A DNA stretch of 64,000 bases from Candidatus Marinacidobacterales bacterium. Its GTDB lineage: Bacteria; Acidobacteriota; Vicinamibacteria; Marinacidobacterales; SMYC01. The notes under the pieces are model-generated. The model had not been told where the DNA came from. It searched no databases and saw only the letters and a program-made list of their open reading frames with translations. Of this stretch, positions 9,369 through 19,515 are shown in pieces. The position numbers and the translations under genes are program-made. Numbering within the stretch: the stretch's first letter is position 1; each line of letters begins with the position of its first letter. Where the stretch lies: assembly GCA_965237955.1 (NCBI GenBank), contig OZ250169.1:5760001-5824000 (forward strand), read 5' to 3'.

Positions 9369-11609
9369 TCAGCGTAGCTCGGCGCGGGCGGTGGCGGTGT
9401 TCTCGAGACTGTCCGTCAACTTGACGACGAGTGTGTAGACGCCGCCGTCGTTGTAGCCTTCGAGCTGGAAGTCGAAGCTCTCTTCCGTCGAGTCGGCGAT
9501 ACCGTCCACCGGGAAGATGACGTTCCACGACCCCGAGTTGATGGCGTACTCGACGCTTCGCACGGGAGAGATGTCGTCCCGCGCGGTGAAAGTCACCTGG
9601 TGGCCGTTCGTGTACGGAGATATCGCAAGACCTTCCACTCGTGGCGGCGTGTTGTCGACCTCGAAGCTCTTGCTCGCTCTCTCGCCGGTCCGTGCCGTGT
9701 CAGCCGGATTGCCAGGCGAATCGCTCGCAACGATCTTGAGGGCATACCGCCCGTCGGGCATTGCTACGGTATCCCATGCGATGACTGGGCTCTTCAGGTC
9801 TTCGCGCAGAACTCGCCACAAGGTCTCTCCTTCCGCGCGGTAGTGGACTTCGAAGGAGAGCTCGTCATGGTTCGGGTCGGTGGCCTTCCATGTCACCGTC
9901 TGGATGCCTTTGCGGTACATTGGGCGGCTCATCGCAGTGAGGTTCATGAGCGGAGCGGCCGGCTGGGCCTGGTTCCCGTTCCCGTTTCCAGGATCGGTGC
10001 CGTCGGAGAGCGTCCCGTCCATTCCCAGGAGCTCGACTTCGCCGGTTGTCACGATTGGCTTTTGGAACGACTTGCCCGGCGGGTGGATGGTGATATCGGA
10101 AACTTCGGGCGGCAGGTTCTGCTGCAGATACACCGCGGTCACGTTCAACAACTCGGGCGTCGTCTCCCCGGTCGAATTCAGTACCGCTCTCCATTGAAAG
10201 AACCGGCCGCGCGGGCTTCGAATCTGCTCACCGCCTGCGCCCGTGTACGCCTGCGACCAGTCACTCCACGTGTTGTCCGCCTCGGCCGAGTTCCCCGAGC
10301 GGGTTTGAAGTTGAACCGACGTTCCCTTAGGCACCCGCGCTTCCCAGCGAATCCGGCCCCACGATGAAACCGTCTCGGTGTCCTTCGTTGGCGATTGGTA
10401 CACGCCTTCGGTGAGCCGGCCCTGATTCAGCCGGTAGAGCTTGGCGGGATTCGAAGTCGCGAGAAACGTTTGACCGTTCGCTGCCATCTGTACCGCGGTG
10501 ACTTGATCGGCCTCGACGCTCAAAAGTAACGAGCTCGTCTTGTTCTGGCCTACGAGGAAGACGCGCCCTTCGTTTCCCGTTCCCACCATCAACCGGTCGT
10601 CCCTAGCGAATGACAGCGACAGGGGAGTGTCTTCACGGGACGTCCACAGTTGCTCGGCCGCGCCGTCCGGAGTAATTCGATAGACGCTCCCGCGTGCCGA
10701 CGAGCTCACCGGAGTCGGCGATGACGATGCCGACACGACCTGCGTCGCCGTGGCGGTCACGGTCACCGTCGCGGTGCCCCCGGTAGGCGTAGTGGTCGAT
10801 GCTTGCGGGGGAGTCACTGATGGTGACGGGGCTCGCGTCGGCGTGCCGCTTTGGATCGCGGCGACGAAAACATTGCCTCGAGTGTCGGTGGTAATCGCCG
10901 GCACCTCTTGGAATGGGGTGTCGAAGAGCACCGAGGTCGCGCCATCGCCGTCGATCTCGAGGACGAGCCCGTTCGATTCCGTGCCCGCGTAGATCGTGTC
11001 GTTGTTGTCGACGGCCAACGACACGATGTGGGTCTCCTCGCTCGTGAACAGAACCTCGCTCTCTCCGCTCGACGTCACCCGATAGACCTTCGCCTCGTCT
11101 CCGGTCGCCACGATGACGTTGTTCAGCGAATCGACCGCGAGAGCCCATATGTAGCGGTCGTCCGGGTCGAAGAAGACTTCGTGCGTGCCGACCTCGGTTG
11201 CGATCCGATACACGAGGCCTCGGGGCGATGTACCAGCGTATAGAGTGCCGCGCCGGTCGACGGCGAGCGCGTGCACTTGAAGCTCGTCGGTGTCCATGAC
11301 GACACTCGACTGTCCGGAACTATCGATCTTGTGGATCTTTCCGTCGTTGCCGGTGCCGACGTACACGTTTCCGGAGCGATCGACGGCGAGTGCCCAGAAG
11401 TGCGGGTCCGTCGCCTCGGTGAGCACCTGGGCCGAAGGGGCAAGGCTGATGGTTCCGTCGGAGCTGATGGAAATGCCCTCGGTATCACCAGCGAGAAAGT
11501 CTTCTTGGCTTTCGAGTCGCCAAAACGTCGGCACGGCGGCGAGCGCCGAGGCCGCGACGGCGAAGGCGACGAGCGCCAGCGAGAGTCGGCCCGGAGAATG
11601 GTTCAACAA
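9369..11609 (-). CDS. Secreted beta-propeller protein with Ig/FN3-like C-terminal domains
   Basis: Signal peptide; repeated (W/H/S)ALAVD...YxGT blades; Thr/Ser linker; C-terminal beta-sandwich. Confidence 0.8.
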   Translation of the reverse strand: MLNHSPGRLSLALVAFAVAASALAAVPTFWRLESQEDFLAGDTEGISISSDGTISLAPSAQVLTEATDPHFWALAVDRSGNVYVGTGNDGKIHKIDSSGQSSVVMDTDELQVHALAVDRRGTLYAGTSPRGLVYRIATEVGTHEVFFDPDDRYIWALAVDSLNNVIVATGDEAKVYRVTSSGESEVLFTSEETHIVSLAVDNNDTIYAGTESNGLVLEIDGDGATSVLFDTPFQEVPAITTDTRGNVFVAAIQSGTPTRAPSPSVTPPQASTTTPTGGTATVTVTATATQVVSASSSPTPVSSSARGSVYRITPDGAAEQLWTSREDTPLSLSFARDDRLMVGTGNEGRVFLVGQNKTSSLLLSVEADQVTAVQMAANGQTFLATSNPAKLYRLNQGRLTEGVYQSPTKDTETVSSWGRIRWEARVPKGTSVQLQTRSGNSAEADNTWSDWSQAYTGAGGEQIRSPRGRFFQWRAVLNSTGETTPELLNVTAVYLQQNLPPEVSDITIHPPGKSFQKPIVTTGEVELLGMDGTLSDGTDPGNGNGNQAQPAAPLMNLTAMSRPMYRKGIQTVTWKATDPNHDELSFEVHYRAEGETLWRVLREDLKSPVIAWDTVAMPDGRYALKIVASDSPGNPADTARTGERASKSFEVDNTPPRVEGLAISPYTNGHQVTFTARDDISPVRSVEYAINSGSWNVIFPVDGIADSTEESFDFQLEGYNDGGVYTLVVKLTDSLENTATARAELR

Positions 11610-11641
11610 CGTCGAATTCCTTTCGATGGATTGAGGGAGCG

Positions 11642-13492
11642 TCAGCGTTTCTTGACTTGGAGGTTCAGAACGCGCGCACCGGAAACGTTGTAGTCGGTGA
11701 CGAGCTCGTGCTCCCAGATCGTGGAGTTGCGTAAGCGGGTGTAGCCGCTACCGGATTCATCGGTCTCGAGCACGTTCAAAACGCTCGGCGGCAACGAGCG
11801 CATGTACTCGCCGTCGACGATGGCGCCTCCCGCGCCCGCGCGGCTCAGCCGTACATAGAGGCGGTTGTTCTTGCGGAGCGTGTTGATGGCACGGACGAGC
11901 TGGCTCATATTCTTGGGAACGAACCCGTGGCGCGCTTCGCGTCGTTCGACGGCGGACAACGTCCCGGCGTCGGCGACCATGAGGCTGACCCTTCCCGACG
12001 GCACGTTGGACGGAATCTCGACGTCCACAGTCTCGAGCAGCTCCTCGCCACGGTAGGTCTTCAGAAGAATCTTGAGCTTCACCGTCCCGCCCGGAGCGAC
12101 CTGATCGGTATCGAGCCATGCCCTCGAGAGGCGTGCGGTCAGGGGCGTCTCGGTAGCGACGACATCGACCCGGATCTTCTCGAGCTCGATGTCCTCGAAA
12201 TCGTTGTTGAGGAGAAATGCGAGTGGTGCGGCCACCATCGCCGAAGCGGATACCGCGGCTTGCTGATCGGTGAACACATCTTCCACGCTGACGATGCCGT
12301 TGTCGGCGGTCTCGACCCAAGCCGAGACTTTGACGGTCTGGCTTCCGAACTGACGCTCTGTCGATTGGAGAATCGCGATCAGCGACACGTAGGCGAGTGC
12401 CGGGGAAAAGAGCTGATCGTTGACGAGCTCGAGCGAGTAGTTCTTCTCCTGCCCCCGGCTGGTTGCGACGGTTACTTCGAGCGGGATCATCCGCGGCCGG
12501 ATGTTGAGCACACCCTTGATCGCCGTCGAGCGGTCCTGGACCCAGGTGCCGATGGTGTCACCGCTACTCGCCATCTTGAACGAGTTCATGAGCGACGGCA
12601 GCACGAGGTGAACAGTGGAGCGTGTCATCGGGTATTCGATCGGGCCGAGGTTGAAGAGCGGATGGCCGAACGCGTAGACGTTCCCGGTGTCGGGATCCAC
12701 GTGGGTGACCGTGCCCATTGCCGAGATCTGCAGATCGCCGGTGACCAGCCCGACGCCTACGGCATCGCCCGGCTCGAGCGGGTCGTCGGCCAGCGAAGCG
12801 CTTCGGCCGCTTTGCCCACTCGGCACCATCACCCCCCCCATGAGAGGCTCGATGCCGAGCTGCCGCAAAAGCGGAGCGACGACGTCGAAGGATTCCTGGG
12901 GGAAGCCGAGAAGTGACACCGGGGTCACGATCGGCGCGAGGTTCTTACCCAGGTGCGGCTGCAACAAGTGAACGCCGGTGAGCGATACCCCTTGGAGGGG
13001 GACGGGCCGCAATCGCTCGGGCGCGACCGCCGCGAGTTTTTCTGAGGTCAGCGGAAACGTAAGGGGCGCCTGTGCTCGGCGCAGCGAAGGCGTCGCCGTC
13101 GCGTCGAACATTTCTTGAATGGGGGTGATGCCCGCGATCGGATCTTTCGCGAACGGAAACGCGAAAGCGATGGCGCCGACGAGTTTGCCGTCGATGTACA
13201 CCGGGCTGCCGCTCATCCCGGCGATGACGCCGGTATGCGCGAGGGGGCCACCCTCGAGCTCGGCGAGGATCATGTTCGAGTTGGGGCCGACGTTTCTGAG
13301 CACCCCCATGATGGTGACTTTGAATGACTCGATCGTGTCTCCAGAGAACACGGTGCGGCCTTCGCCGACCATCCCGGGACGGATGTCCTCGATGGGAATG
13401 AACTCGAACGGCGGCGTTTCAAAAGCGGCGCCGACCGACAAGAAGGTCGCGAGAACCGCGATCGAGATTAGTCTCATGTCGTTTCCCATCAT
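11642..13492 (-). CDS. SpoIVB/peptidase S55 domain protein
   Basis: GVIAGMSGSPVYIDGKLVGA catalytic-Ser motif, plus GTVT...AFGHP and QDR motifs; signal peptide. Confidence 0.88.
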   Translation of the reverse strand: MMGNDMRLISIAVLATFLSVGAAFETPPFEFIPIEDIRPGMVGEGRTVFSGDTIESFKVTIMGVLRNVGPNSNMILAELEGGPLAHTGVIAGMSGSPVYIDGKLVGAIAFAFPFAKDPIAGITPIQEMFDATATPSLRRAQAPLTFPLTSEKLAAVAPERLRPVPLQGVSLTGVHLLQPHLGKNLAPIVTPVSLLGFPQESFDVVAPLLRQLGIEPLMGGVMVPSGQSGRSASLADDPLEPGDAVGVGLVTGDLQISAMGTVTHVDPDTGNVYAFGHPLFNLGPIEYPMTRSTVHLVLPSLMNSFKMASSGDTIGTWVQDRSTAIKGVLNIRPRMIPLEVTVATSRGQEKNYSLELVNDQLFSPALAYVSLIAILQSTERQFGSQTVKVSAWVETADNGIVSVEDVFTDQQAAVSASAMVAAPLAFLLNNDFEDIELEKIRVDVVATETPLTARLSRAWLDTDQVAPGGTVKLKILLKTYRGEELLETVDVEIPSNVPSGRVSLMVADAGTLSAVERREARHGFVPKNMSQLVRAINTLRKNNRLYVRLSRAGAGGAIVDGEYMRSLPPSVLNVLETDESGSGYTRLRNSTIWEHELVTDYNVSGARVLNLQVKKR

Positions 13493-13602
13493 TCGGTTAC
13501 GTGCTCATGGCTGGCGGGGAACAGGTTGTAAACCCTACAAACTATAATAGTTCAAGGAGAAAGAAGGGTCAACGCGGCCGTTTGCCGCGATAGGATCAGG
13601 GC

Positions 13603-16128
13603 GTGGCCTTCGAGAGCATGAACGTGAGACGTACACGTTTGGTAGCGTCGGTGGTGGGGAGATCGGTCGATGCTGTCGCGCGCACCGTGGAACACGGCAC
13701 CGGCGGCGCAGACGTCGTGGAGCTCCGCGTCGACGGTCTCGCGGACGTCGGCGACGCTGAGCTCCGACAGTTGCGCCGCGCGATCGACCGGCCGGTGATC
13801 CTGACGTGCCGTTCGCGAGGCGAGGGAGGATTGTTCGAAGGGCCCGAATCGGAAAGACTCGCGCTGCTCGAGTGCGGTGCGAGCGCCGGGTTCGACTACA
13901 TCGACGTCGAGATTGCCGCGCTCGAAAAAGCGTTCCCAAAGGGGAATGCGAACTTGATTCTGTCGCACCACGACTTCGACGGACTCCCGCGCGAGCCGGG
14001 CGCGCTGGTAGAGAAGGCTATCGAGTTGGGCGCGGACGTCGTCAAGCTAGCCGCCCGGGTGAGCTCGCTCGACGAAGCATGGACGCTCGCGAGCATGGGC
14101 GACGATGTGCGGAAAGCCGGCAAGGCGTTCGTTCCGGTCGCGATGGGACCCGCGGGCGTAGCCGCTCGTATCTTGTCCGCTCGCTTCGATGCGGCTTTTA
14201 CCTATGCGGCCGCACGCGGCGGAGCACCGACGGGTCCAGGCCAGGTGACGCTCGACGATATGGTCAATCTGTATCGGTTCGCGTCCATCGGGAGCGACAC
14301 CGAGATTTACGGAATTCTCGGAACCCACGCGCTTTCGAGCCGCTCGCCGGTGATGCACAACCCGTTTTTCGAGCGCGTCAAAATTAACGGGCTCAACGCG
14401 GTTTACGTACCGTTCGAAGAAAGTGATCTCGAGGCTTTCGTACGTGGCGCGAAGCGACTCGGCGTTTCCGGATTGTCGGTAACGCTACCGTTCAAGGAAT
14501 CGATCCTCCCGTTTCTCGATGAGGTTGATGACGACGCCGCGCGCATAGGGGCGGTCAATACCGTCGTTGTTCGCGACCACCGCTGGAAGGGATACAACAC
14601 CGATGTGGACGGTGTCGTGGACTCGCTTGCCCGATACGGGGAGTGGAAAGGTCGAAACGCGGTGGTCGTCGGGAGTGGTGGAGCCGCTCGCGCCGCGGTT
14701 TTCGTGCTCGAGCGTTTGGGTGCATCGGTGCGGGTTGTCGCCCGCCGGAAAGACAAAGCGGCTTCGCTCGCGAAGGAAGTGGGCGGCGCTTCGGGTGTGC
14801 TCTCGGAGCTCTCGGAACTTGATGCCACGAGCTGGGATTTGCTCGTGAATGCCACTCCTATCGGAAGCGACGACGCGTCCCCGCAAACGCTTCCGCTCGC
14901 GAGCATCGACTCCGAGCAGTGCGTGCTCGACATGGTCACCGCGCCCGAGATCACACCGCTCATCCGCCGTGCACGGGATGCGGGGGCTCGCACGATCACG
15001 GGAATCGAGATGCTGGCGGCCCAGGCCGGCCACCAGGACGAGCTTTGGACCGGTATGCGGCCACAGGCGTTAGAGCTCGAGCAAAGCGCGCGCGGACACG
15101 GACGACATGTTCAGGGGCGGTATTCACGGCAAGTTCTGTTTGACGAGATTGGCTCTGATGGACAGCGCCGGATTGGGACGTCGCGAGTCCTCGTCGTCGG
15201 GGTGGGTGCGTTGGGATCCGTCTCGTCGGAGATGATCGTGCGCGCCGGAGTCGCGTCGCTTCGCATCGTGGATCGAGACTACGTCGACGAGTCGAATCTG
15301 CAGCGGCAGAGCCTCTTCGACGAGGACGATTGGCGCGCCGGGCTCCCGAAAGCGATTGCGGCTGAGAGAAAGCTGTCGCGCATCAACGGTGATGTCAACG
15401 TCGAGGCCCACGTGAGCGATGTGCACGCGGGGAACGTGCGCGCTCTTTTCCGCGATGTCGATCTCGTCATCGACGGCACCGACAACTTCGAAACGCGGTA
15501 CCTGTTGAACGATGCCTCCATCGATACCGGCGTTCCGTGGATCTATGCGGCCTGCGTCGGCAGTTACGGGATGAGCTTTGTCGTGGTTCCCGGGCGTACG
15601 CTGTGTATGCGGTGTTTCCTGGAAAACGAGCCGCCACCGGGAACATCGCCCACGTGCGACACCGCGGGCGTGATCGCTCCCATCGTCCACGCCGTTGCTG
15701 CGTTCCAAGTGGCGGAGGCGCTCAAGATTCTTTCTGGGCGAGAGGACGCGCTGACCGGCGACGTGTTTTCCCTGGATGTGTGGCGAGGCCGGGTCCATCG
15801 TTTCCGGCCGTCCCGACCGCGGGTTGAATGTCCCGCGTGCGGCCGGCGTGAGCTCTCGTATCTCGTCGGCGATGGGGCCTCTCAAGCGGTGACGCTGTGC
15901 GGGAGAAACGCGGTTCAAGTCCGCCCGTCGAAAACGCGCGCACTGGACCTCGAGGAAGTTGCCAAGCGTCTGAGAAAGCTCGGTAGCGTCCGCGTCAATC
16001 CGTTTTTGTTGCGCGTGAAGCTCGAAGAGTGCGAGCTGGTCTTGTTCAAAGACGGACGCGCGATCGTGCACGGAACCGTTGATCCCGCCGAGGCGCGCAG
16101 TCTCTACGCCCGGTTCGTGGGAAACTGA
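13603..16128 (+). CDS. Fusion of type I 3-dehydroquinate dehydratase, shikimate dehydrogenase and a ThiF/MoeB adenylyltransferase
   Basis: AroD: VELRVD, TCR..EGG, SHHDF, VKLA. AroE: SRSPVMHN, VTLPFK, GAVNT, NTD, GSGGAARA, NATPIG. MoeB: RYSRQ, GVGALGS, SNLQRQ, DGTDNF, CMRC and CPAC. Confidence 0.88.
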   Translation: MAFESMNVRRTRLVASVVGRSVDAVARTVEHGTGGADVVELRVDGLADVGDAELRQLRRAIDRPVILTCRSRGEGGLFEGPESERLALLECGASAGFDYIDVEIAALEKAFPKGNANLILSHHDFDGLPREPGALVEKAIELGADVVKLAARVSSLDEAWTLASMGDDVRKAGKAFVPVAMGPAGVAARILSARFDAAFTYAAARGGAPTGPGQVTLDDMVNLYRFASIGSDTEIYGILGTHALSSRSPVMHNPFFERVKINGLNAVYVPFEESDLEAFVRGAKRLGVSGLSVTLPFKESILPFLDEVDDDAARIGAVNTVVVRDHRWKGYNTDVDGVVDSLARYGEWKGRNAVVVGSGGAARAAVFVLERLGASVRVVARRKDKAASLAKEVGGASGVLSELSELDATSWDLLVNATPIGSDDASPQTLPLASIDSEQCVLDMVTAPEITPLIRRARDAGARTITGIEMLAAQAGHQDELWTGMRPQALELEQSARGHGRHVQGRYSRQVLFDEIGSDGQRRIGTSRVLVVGVGALGSVSSEMIVRAGVASLRIVDRDYVDESNLQRQSLFDEDDWRAGLPKAIAAERKLSRINGDVNVEAHVSDVHAGNVRALFRDVDLVIDGTDNFETRYLLNDASIDTGVPWIYAACVGSYGMSFVVVPGRTLCMRCFLENEPPPGTSPTCDTAGVIAPIVHAVAAFQVAEALKILSGREDALTGDVFSLDVWRGRVHRFRPSRPRVECPACGRRELSYLVGDGASQAVTLCGRNAVQVRPSKTRALDLEEVAKRLRKLGSVRVNPFLLRVKLEECELVLFKDGRAIVHGTVDPAEARSLYARFVGN

Positions 16129-16132
16129 TCGC

Positions 16133-17367
16133 GTGAACGAGCACCTACTGTCCCTCGTGCTCCCGCGCGTGCGCGAGCTGACCGCGTATCACCTAGAGCG
16201 GCACGACGGCCGCATCAAGCTCGATCAGAACGAGAACCGGCTCGGCTTACCCGAGCCGATCCGCGCCGAGCTCGAGCGACGACTCGTCGACGTGCCAATC
16301 GATCGGTACCCCACACCCGAGCAGCCGGAGCTCAGGGAAGCTCTGGCGCGCGTGACCGATTGGCCGGCAGAAGGCATCGTGGTTGACAACGGCTCCGACC
16401 AGCTTTTGCATACGTTTGCGCGCACGTTTCTCGAGCTCGGACGAGTGGCGCTCGCCCCGACGCCCAGCTTTTTCATGTACTCGCTAGTCCCCTGGAACAG
16501 AGGTTCGTAGCCTAAAGCTCGACGCCATTTTGTGGGCTGGCGAGGCGTGACGACGAAGTCATATTGGAATATTTCGAGGAGGAACAACGAAGCCAGCGCG
16601 CAAAAAGGGCCCGAGATTTAGGCTACGAACCTCTGTTCCAGGGGACTAGCGGTGCGGCTCGCCGGCGCCGAGCTCGTGGAAGTCCCTCTCGATGCCAACT
16701 ACGCTTACGTACTCGACGCACTACTCGACGCCGTTTCCGAGCGCGCACCGCACGTCGTGTTCCTGTGTCGCCGAACAATCCTACCGGTACCGTGCTGAGA
16801 GCGGACGAGCTCGAGCGTATCGTCGGGGCCGCCCCGGGAGTGGTAGTTCTGGACGAAGCGTATTGGGAGTTCGCAGGCTGGAACGCGCGCGAGCTCATGA
16901 ACGATCACCCGAACCTCGTGATCTTCCGAACGTTCTCGAAGGCAATCGCGATGGCGGGGATCCGCTTGGGATACCTCCTCGTTCAACCCGAGCTTCGGAA
17001 CGAGATCGTGAAAGTCCAGCCACCCTATCCGGTCAACCGGCTCTCGCGCGAAGCCGCTCTGGTCGCGCTCGAGCACTACCAGCTAACAGGCGAGCGTGCT
17101 CGGGAGCTGGTAACCGCGAGGGACGCGCTCTACCAGCGTCTCGAGGAGCTCGACGGTATCGAAGTTTTTCCGTCGCAGACGAATTTTCTCCTCATCCGCT
17201 CACGCGGAGGAGGGACAGCAACCTACCAGGGTCTGCTCGAACGCGGGATCGTCGTGCGCGATGTCAGTGCACATCCGCTCCTTCGCGATTGCTTGCGTGT
17301 AACAATAGGCACGGCCGACGAGAACGAATCGGTCTACGCGGCGCTTCGTGACATGATGGCGTCATGA
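16133..17367 (+). pseudogene. hisC: Histidinol-phosphate aminotransferase interrupted by a MITE and a frameshift near 16768
   Basis: KLDQNEN, RYP, NGSD, PSFFMY, PNNPTG, DEAY, RTFSKA...AGIRLGY, TNFLL and LRVTIG motifs spread over the disrupted frames. Confidence 0.88.
16488..16645. mobile_element. MITE with long terminal inverted repeats and a CTAG target duplication
   Basis: 33-bp perfect IR counting the flanking CTAG (16484-16487 and 16646-16649); excision restores F-M-Y-S-L-A-V-R-L-A-G-A of HisC. Confidence 0.92.
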
Positions 17368-18065
17368 CCGACGGCAATTCCACGCTCATCATCGATGCCG
17401 ATGACACGTTGTGGGAGAACAACATTCACTTCGAGGAGGCTACCGAGCGCTTTCTCGATCTCGTCGAGACGCGCGGCGGTGACCGCGAGCGTGCGCGCGC
17501 GCGGCTCGTTCACATCGAGCGAAAGAACATCCCGGTCCATGGCTACGGGACGGGTGGGTTTACGCGGTCGTTGATGGACACTCTAGAGGAAATGACGGGG
17601 AAACCTGCGACCGCATCCGATCGACAGTCTATTCTTGCGCTCGGTGCTCTCGTGCGCATGATGCCGATCCAGTATTTGCCCGGCGTCAAGGAGACCCTGC
17701 CGCTTCTCAAGCGCCGCCACCGACTCATTCTGTTTACGAAGGGTGACCAATCGGAGCAAAGAGACAAGGTCGAGCGCAGCGGTGCCTCGTCGTTCTTCCA
17801 TGAAGTCGAAGTCACGGGTGAGAAGGGGCCTGACGATTACCAGCGACTGCTCGACGCGCACGGGATTGAGCGCGAATCGAGCTGGATGGTAGGCAACAGC
17901 CCTCGCTCGGACATCAACCCCGCTCTAGACGTCGGATTGGGAGCGGTCTACATCCCGCACCCGCAGACGTGGCAACTCGAGCACGAGGAAGTCCGCCCGC
18001 GAGAAGGTGCGCGTTTGAAGATCCTGAAGACGTTCGCGGAACTGTTGGATCACTTTCTTCACTAA
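17364..18065 (+). CDS. HAD-superfamily hydrolase
   Basis: DADDTLW motif I, TKGD...EQ..K and MVGNSPRSDI motifs; ATGA overlap with hisC. Confidence 0.9.
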   Translation: MTDGNSTLIIDADDTLWENNIHFEEATERFLDLVETRGGDRERARARLVHIERKNIPVHGYGTGGFTRSLMDTLEEMTGKPATASDRQSILALGALVRMMPIQYLPGVKETLPLLKRRHRLILFTKGDQSEQRDKVERSGASSFFHEVEVTGEKGPDDYQRLLDAHGIERESSWMVGNSPRSDINPALDVGLGAVYIPHPQTWQLEHEEVRPREGARLKILKTFAELLDHFLH

Positions 18066-18207
18066 GCTGAGTCCTCTGGTTTCGGCACGGCGTCGCCCCC
18101 TGCGCCTGCCCGATACGTCTAGTTTTGATTGAGCGGGGACGGGCAGGGGCTAGGGCAAGGGCAGGGGAAATCCGAATCCCCACATTTTCCCTCTGCCGCT
18201 TTTCCAG

Positions 18208-18236
18208 TTGACACAAACCCCTTGCGTGTAGAGAAT
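18208..18236 (+). promoter_or_regulatory. Putative sigma70 promoter of the XRE regulator
   Basis: TTGACA-N17-GAGAAT. Confidence 0.5.
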
Positions 18237-18294
18237 AACCTCAACCCTCAACCGTCCGGACAACTGAATACAACTGGTCGAAAGGGGGATCTGT

Positions 18295-18669
18295 ATGTTC
18301 AAGAAAATCGGACAGCGCATCCGCAAAGTCCGATTGGAGCACGGAATCAAGCAGAAGGACCTGGCGCGCAAGATCGGCATTTCGCAGGGGGCGCTGACCA
18401 ACTTCGAGCTCGGCCGCCGGAAAATCTCGTTGGAGTGGCTCTTGAAGATCTCGCGCGCTCTCGAGGTTCCCGTCGGTTACTTCATGGGAGCCGTCGAACC
18501 GCCAGCCGATGACGACACGCTCGGTCCGAAAGAGCACCGTCTTCTCCGTGCCTTCCGCCGTATGGGCCGCGATCCGCGTCTTCAGATGGAGATCCTGCAT
18601 GTCATCGAGAGGATGGGCCATCACTTGGGTCGAGGAGCGAGCCGTGCGGGAAGGAGCGCGTCTGCCTAG
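18295..18669 (+). CDS. XRE/Cro-C1 HTH transcriptional regulator
   Basis: IGQRIRKVR...QKDLARKIGISQGALTNFELGRR. Confidence 0.9.
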   Translation: MFKKIGQRIRKVRLEHGIKQKDLARKIGISQGALTNFELGRRKISLEWLLKISRALEVPVGYFMGAVEPPADDDTLGPKEHRLLRAFRRMGRDPRLQMEILHVIERMGHHLGRGASRAGRSASA

Positions 18670-18801
18670 CCGTCCAATCGAGAAACGCACCCGTCTCAGA
18701 GGTTTTCCGTTCGTTCCGTCGCCTCTGAGTCGGTGGTATTAATCCTCTAAAAACAGCAATTTCCACGCCTTTGAGGTACAATTTAGAGGATCTCTTACAA
18801 T

Positions 18802-19515
18802 ATGCCGGATCTACCGATCTATCCCGAAAAGCGGGAGGCGCCGGGATACGCTCTCGAGCGTCGGCTCAGCCGACTCCACGAGTCGAGCTCGGATTCCTAT
18901 TCGAGTGCGCTTCAAGCGCTTCGTAACCAGTGCGCGAACGAGACGTTGCGTCTTACCGGGGCACCGAACGAAAGCGAAAAAAACGAGCTCGTCGAGGCGC
19001 AGCAAGCCGCGCTCGCCCTCATCGAGAAAGCGGCAGCCAGGGCGAGCGAACCTGACCTCGACCTCGACCTCGTTCGGGAGGTGCATCGCATCGCGAACCC
19101 GGGCTCGGACGGGACCTTTCGCAACGGCGACATCGCACCACAGTTCAAAAACGCCCGGCCGTCACCAGCGCGCTTCATCGAGGCGAAACTCGACAATCTG
19201 CTCCAATGGCTCTCGACCGAGATTGGCCGCGACATGTTTCCCTCCGCGCGTATGGCCCTGTGGTTCGCCCGGTTCGTCGAGATCGCTCCTTTCGAGCACG
19301 GGAATTTCCGAACCGCGCACCTGCTGACCAACTTTTTTGCCGCCACCGCCGGGTTTCCGCCGGTCACACTCGCGCTCGAGGATGCGGAATCGATCCGAAC
19401 CGAGGTCGAGCGCGCCATCGAGTTCGACACCGCACCGCTCGTCGAGCGGTTCTCCCGAGCGCTCGAAAACGCCCTCCGATCGTGTGAGGAGGCAGCCCCG
19501 CGAGAGCCGGAATGA
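18802..19515 (+). CDS. Fic/Doc-fold protein with a degenerate active site
   Basis: VREVHR...GTFR and EIAPFEHGNFRTAH versus the canonical HPFxxGNGRxxR. Confidence 0.75.
   Translation: MPDLPIYPEKREAPGYALERRLSRLHESSSDSYSSALQALRNQCANETLRLTGAPNESEKNELVEAQQAALALIEKAAARASEPDLDLDLVREVHRIANPGSDGTFRNGDIAPQFKNARPSPARFIEAKLDNLLQWLSTEIGRDMFPSARMALWFARFVEIAPFEHGNFRTAHLLTNFFAATAGFPPVTLALEDAESIRTEVERAIEFDTAPLVERFSRALENALRSCEEAAPREPE

Noticed and set aside
16488-16645. Amber read-through or recoding of the in-frame hisC insert
   Set aside because: TAG is used as a normal stop by several genes here, two TAGs would need suppression, and a downstream frameshift remains
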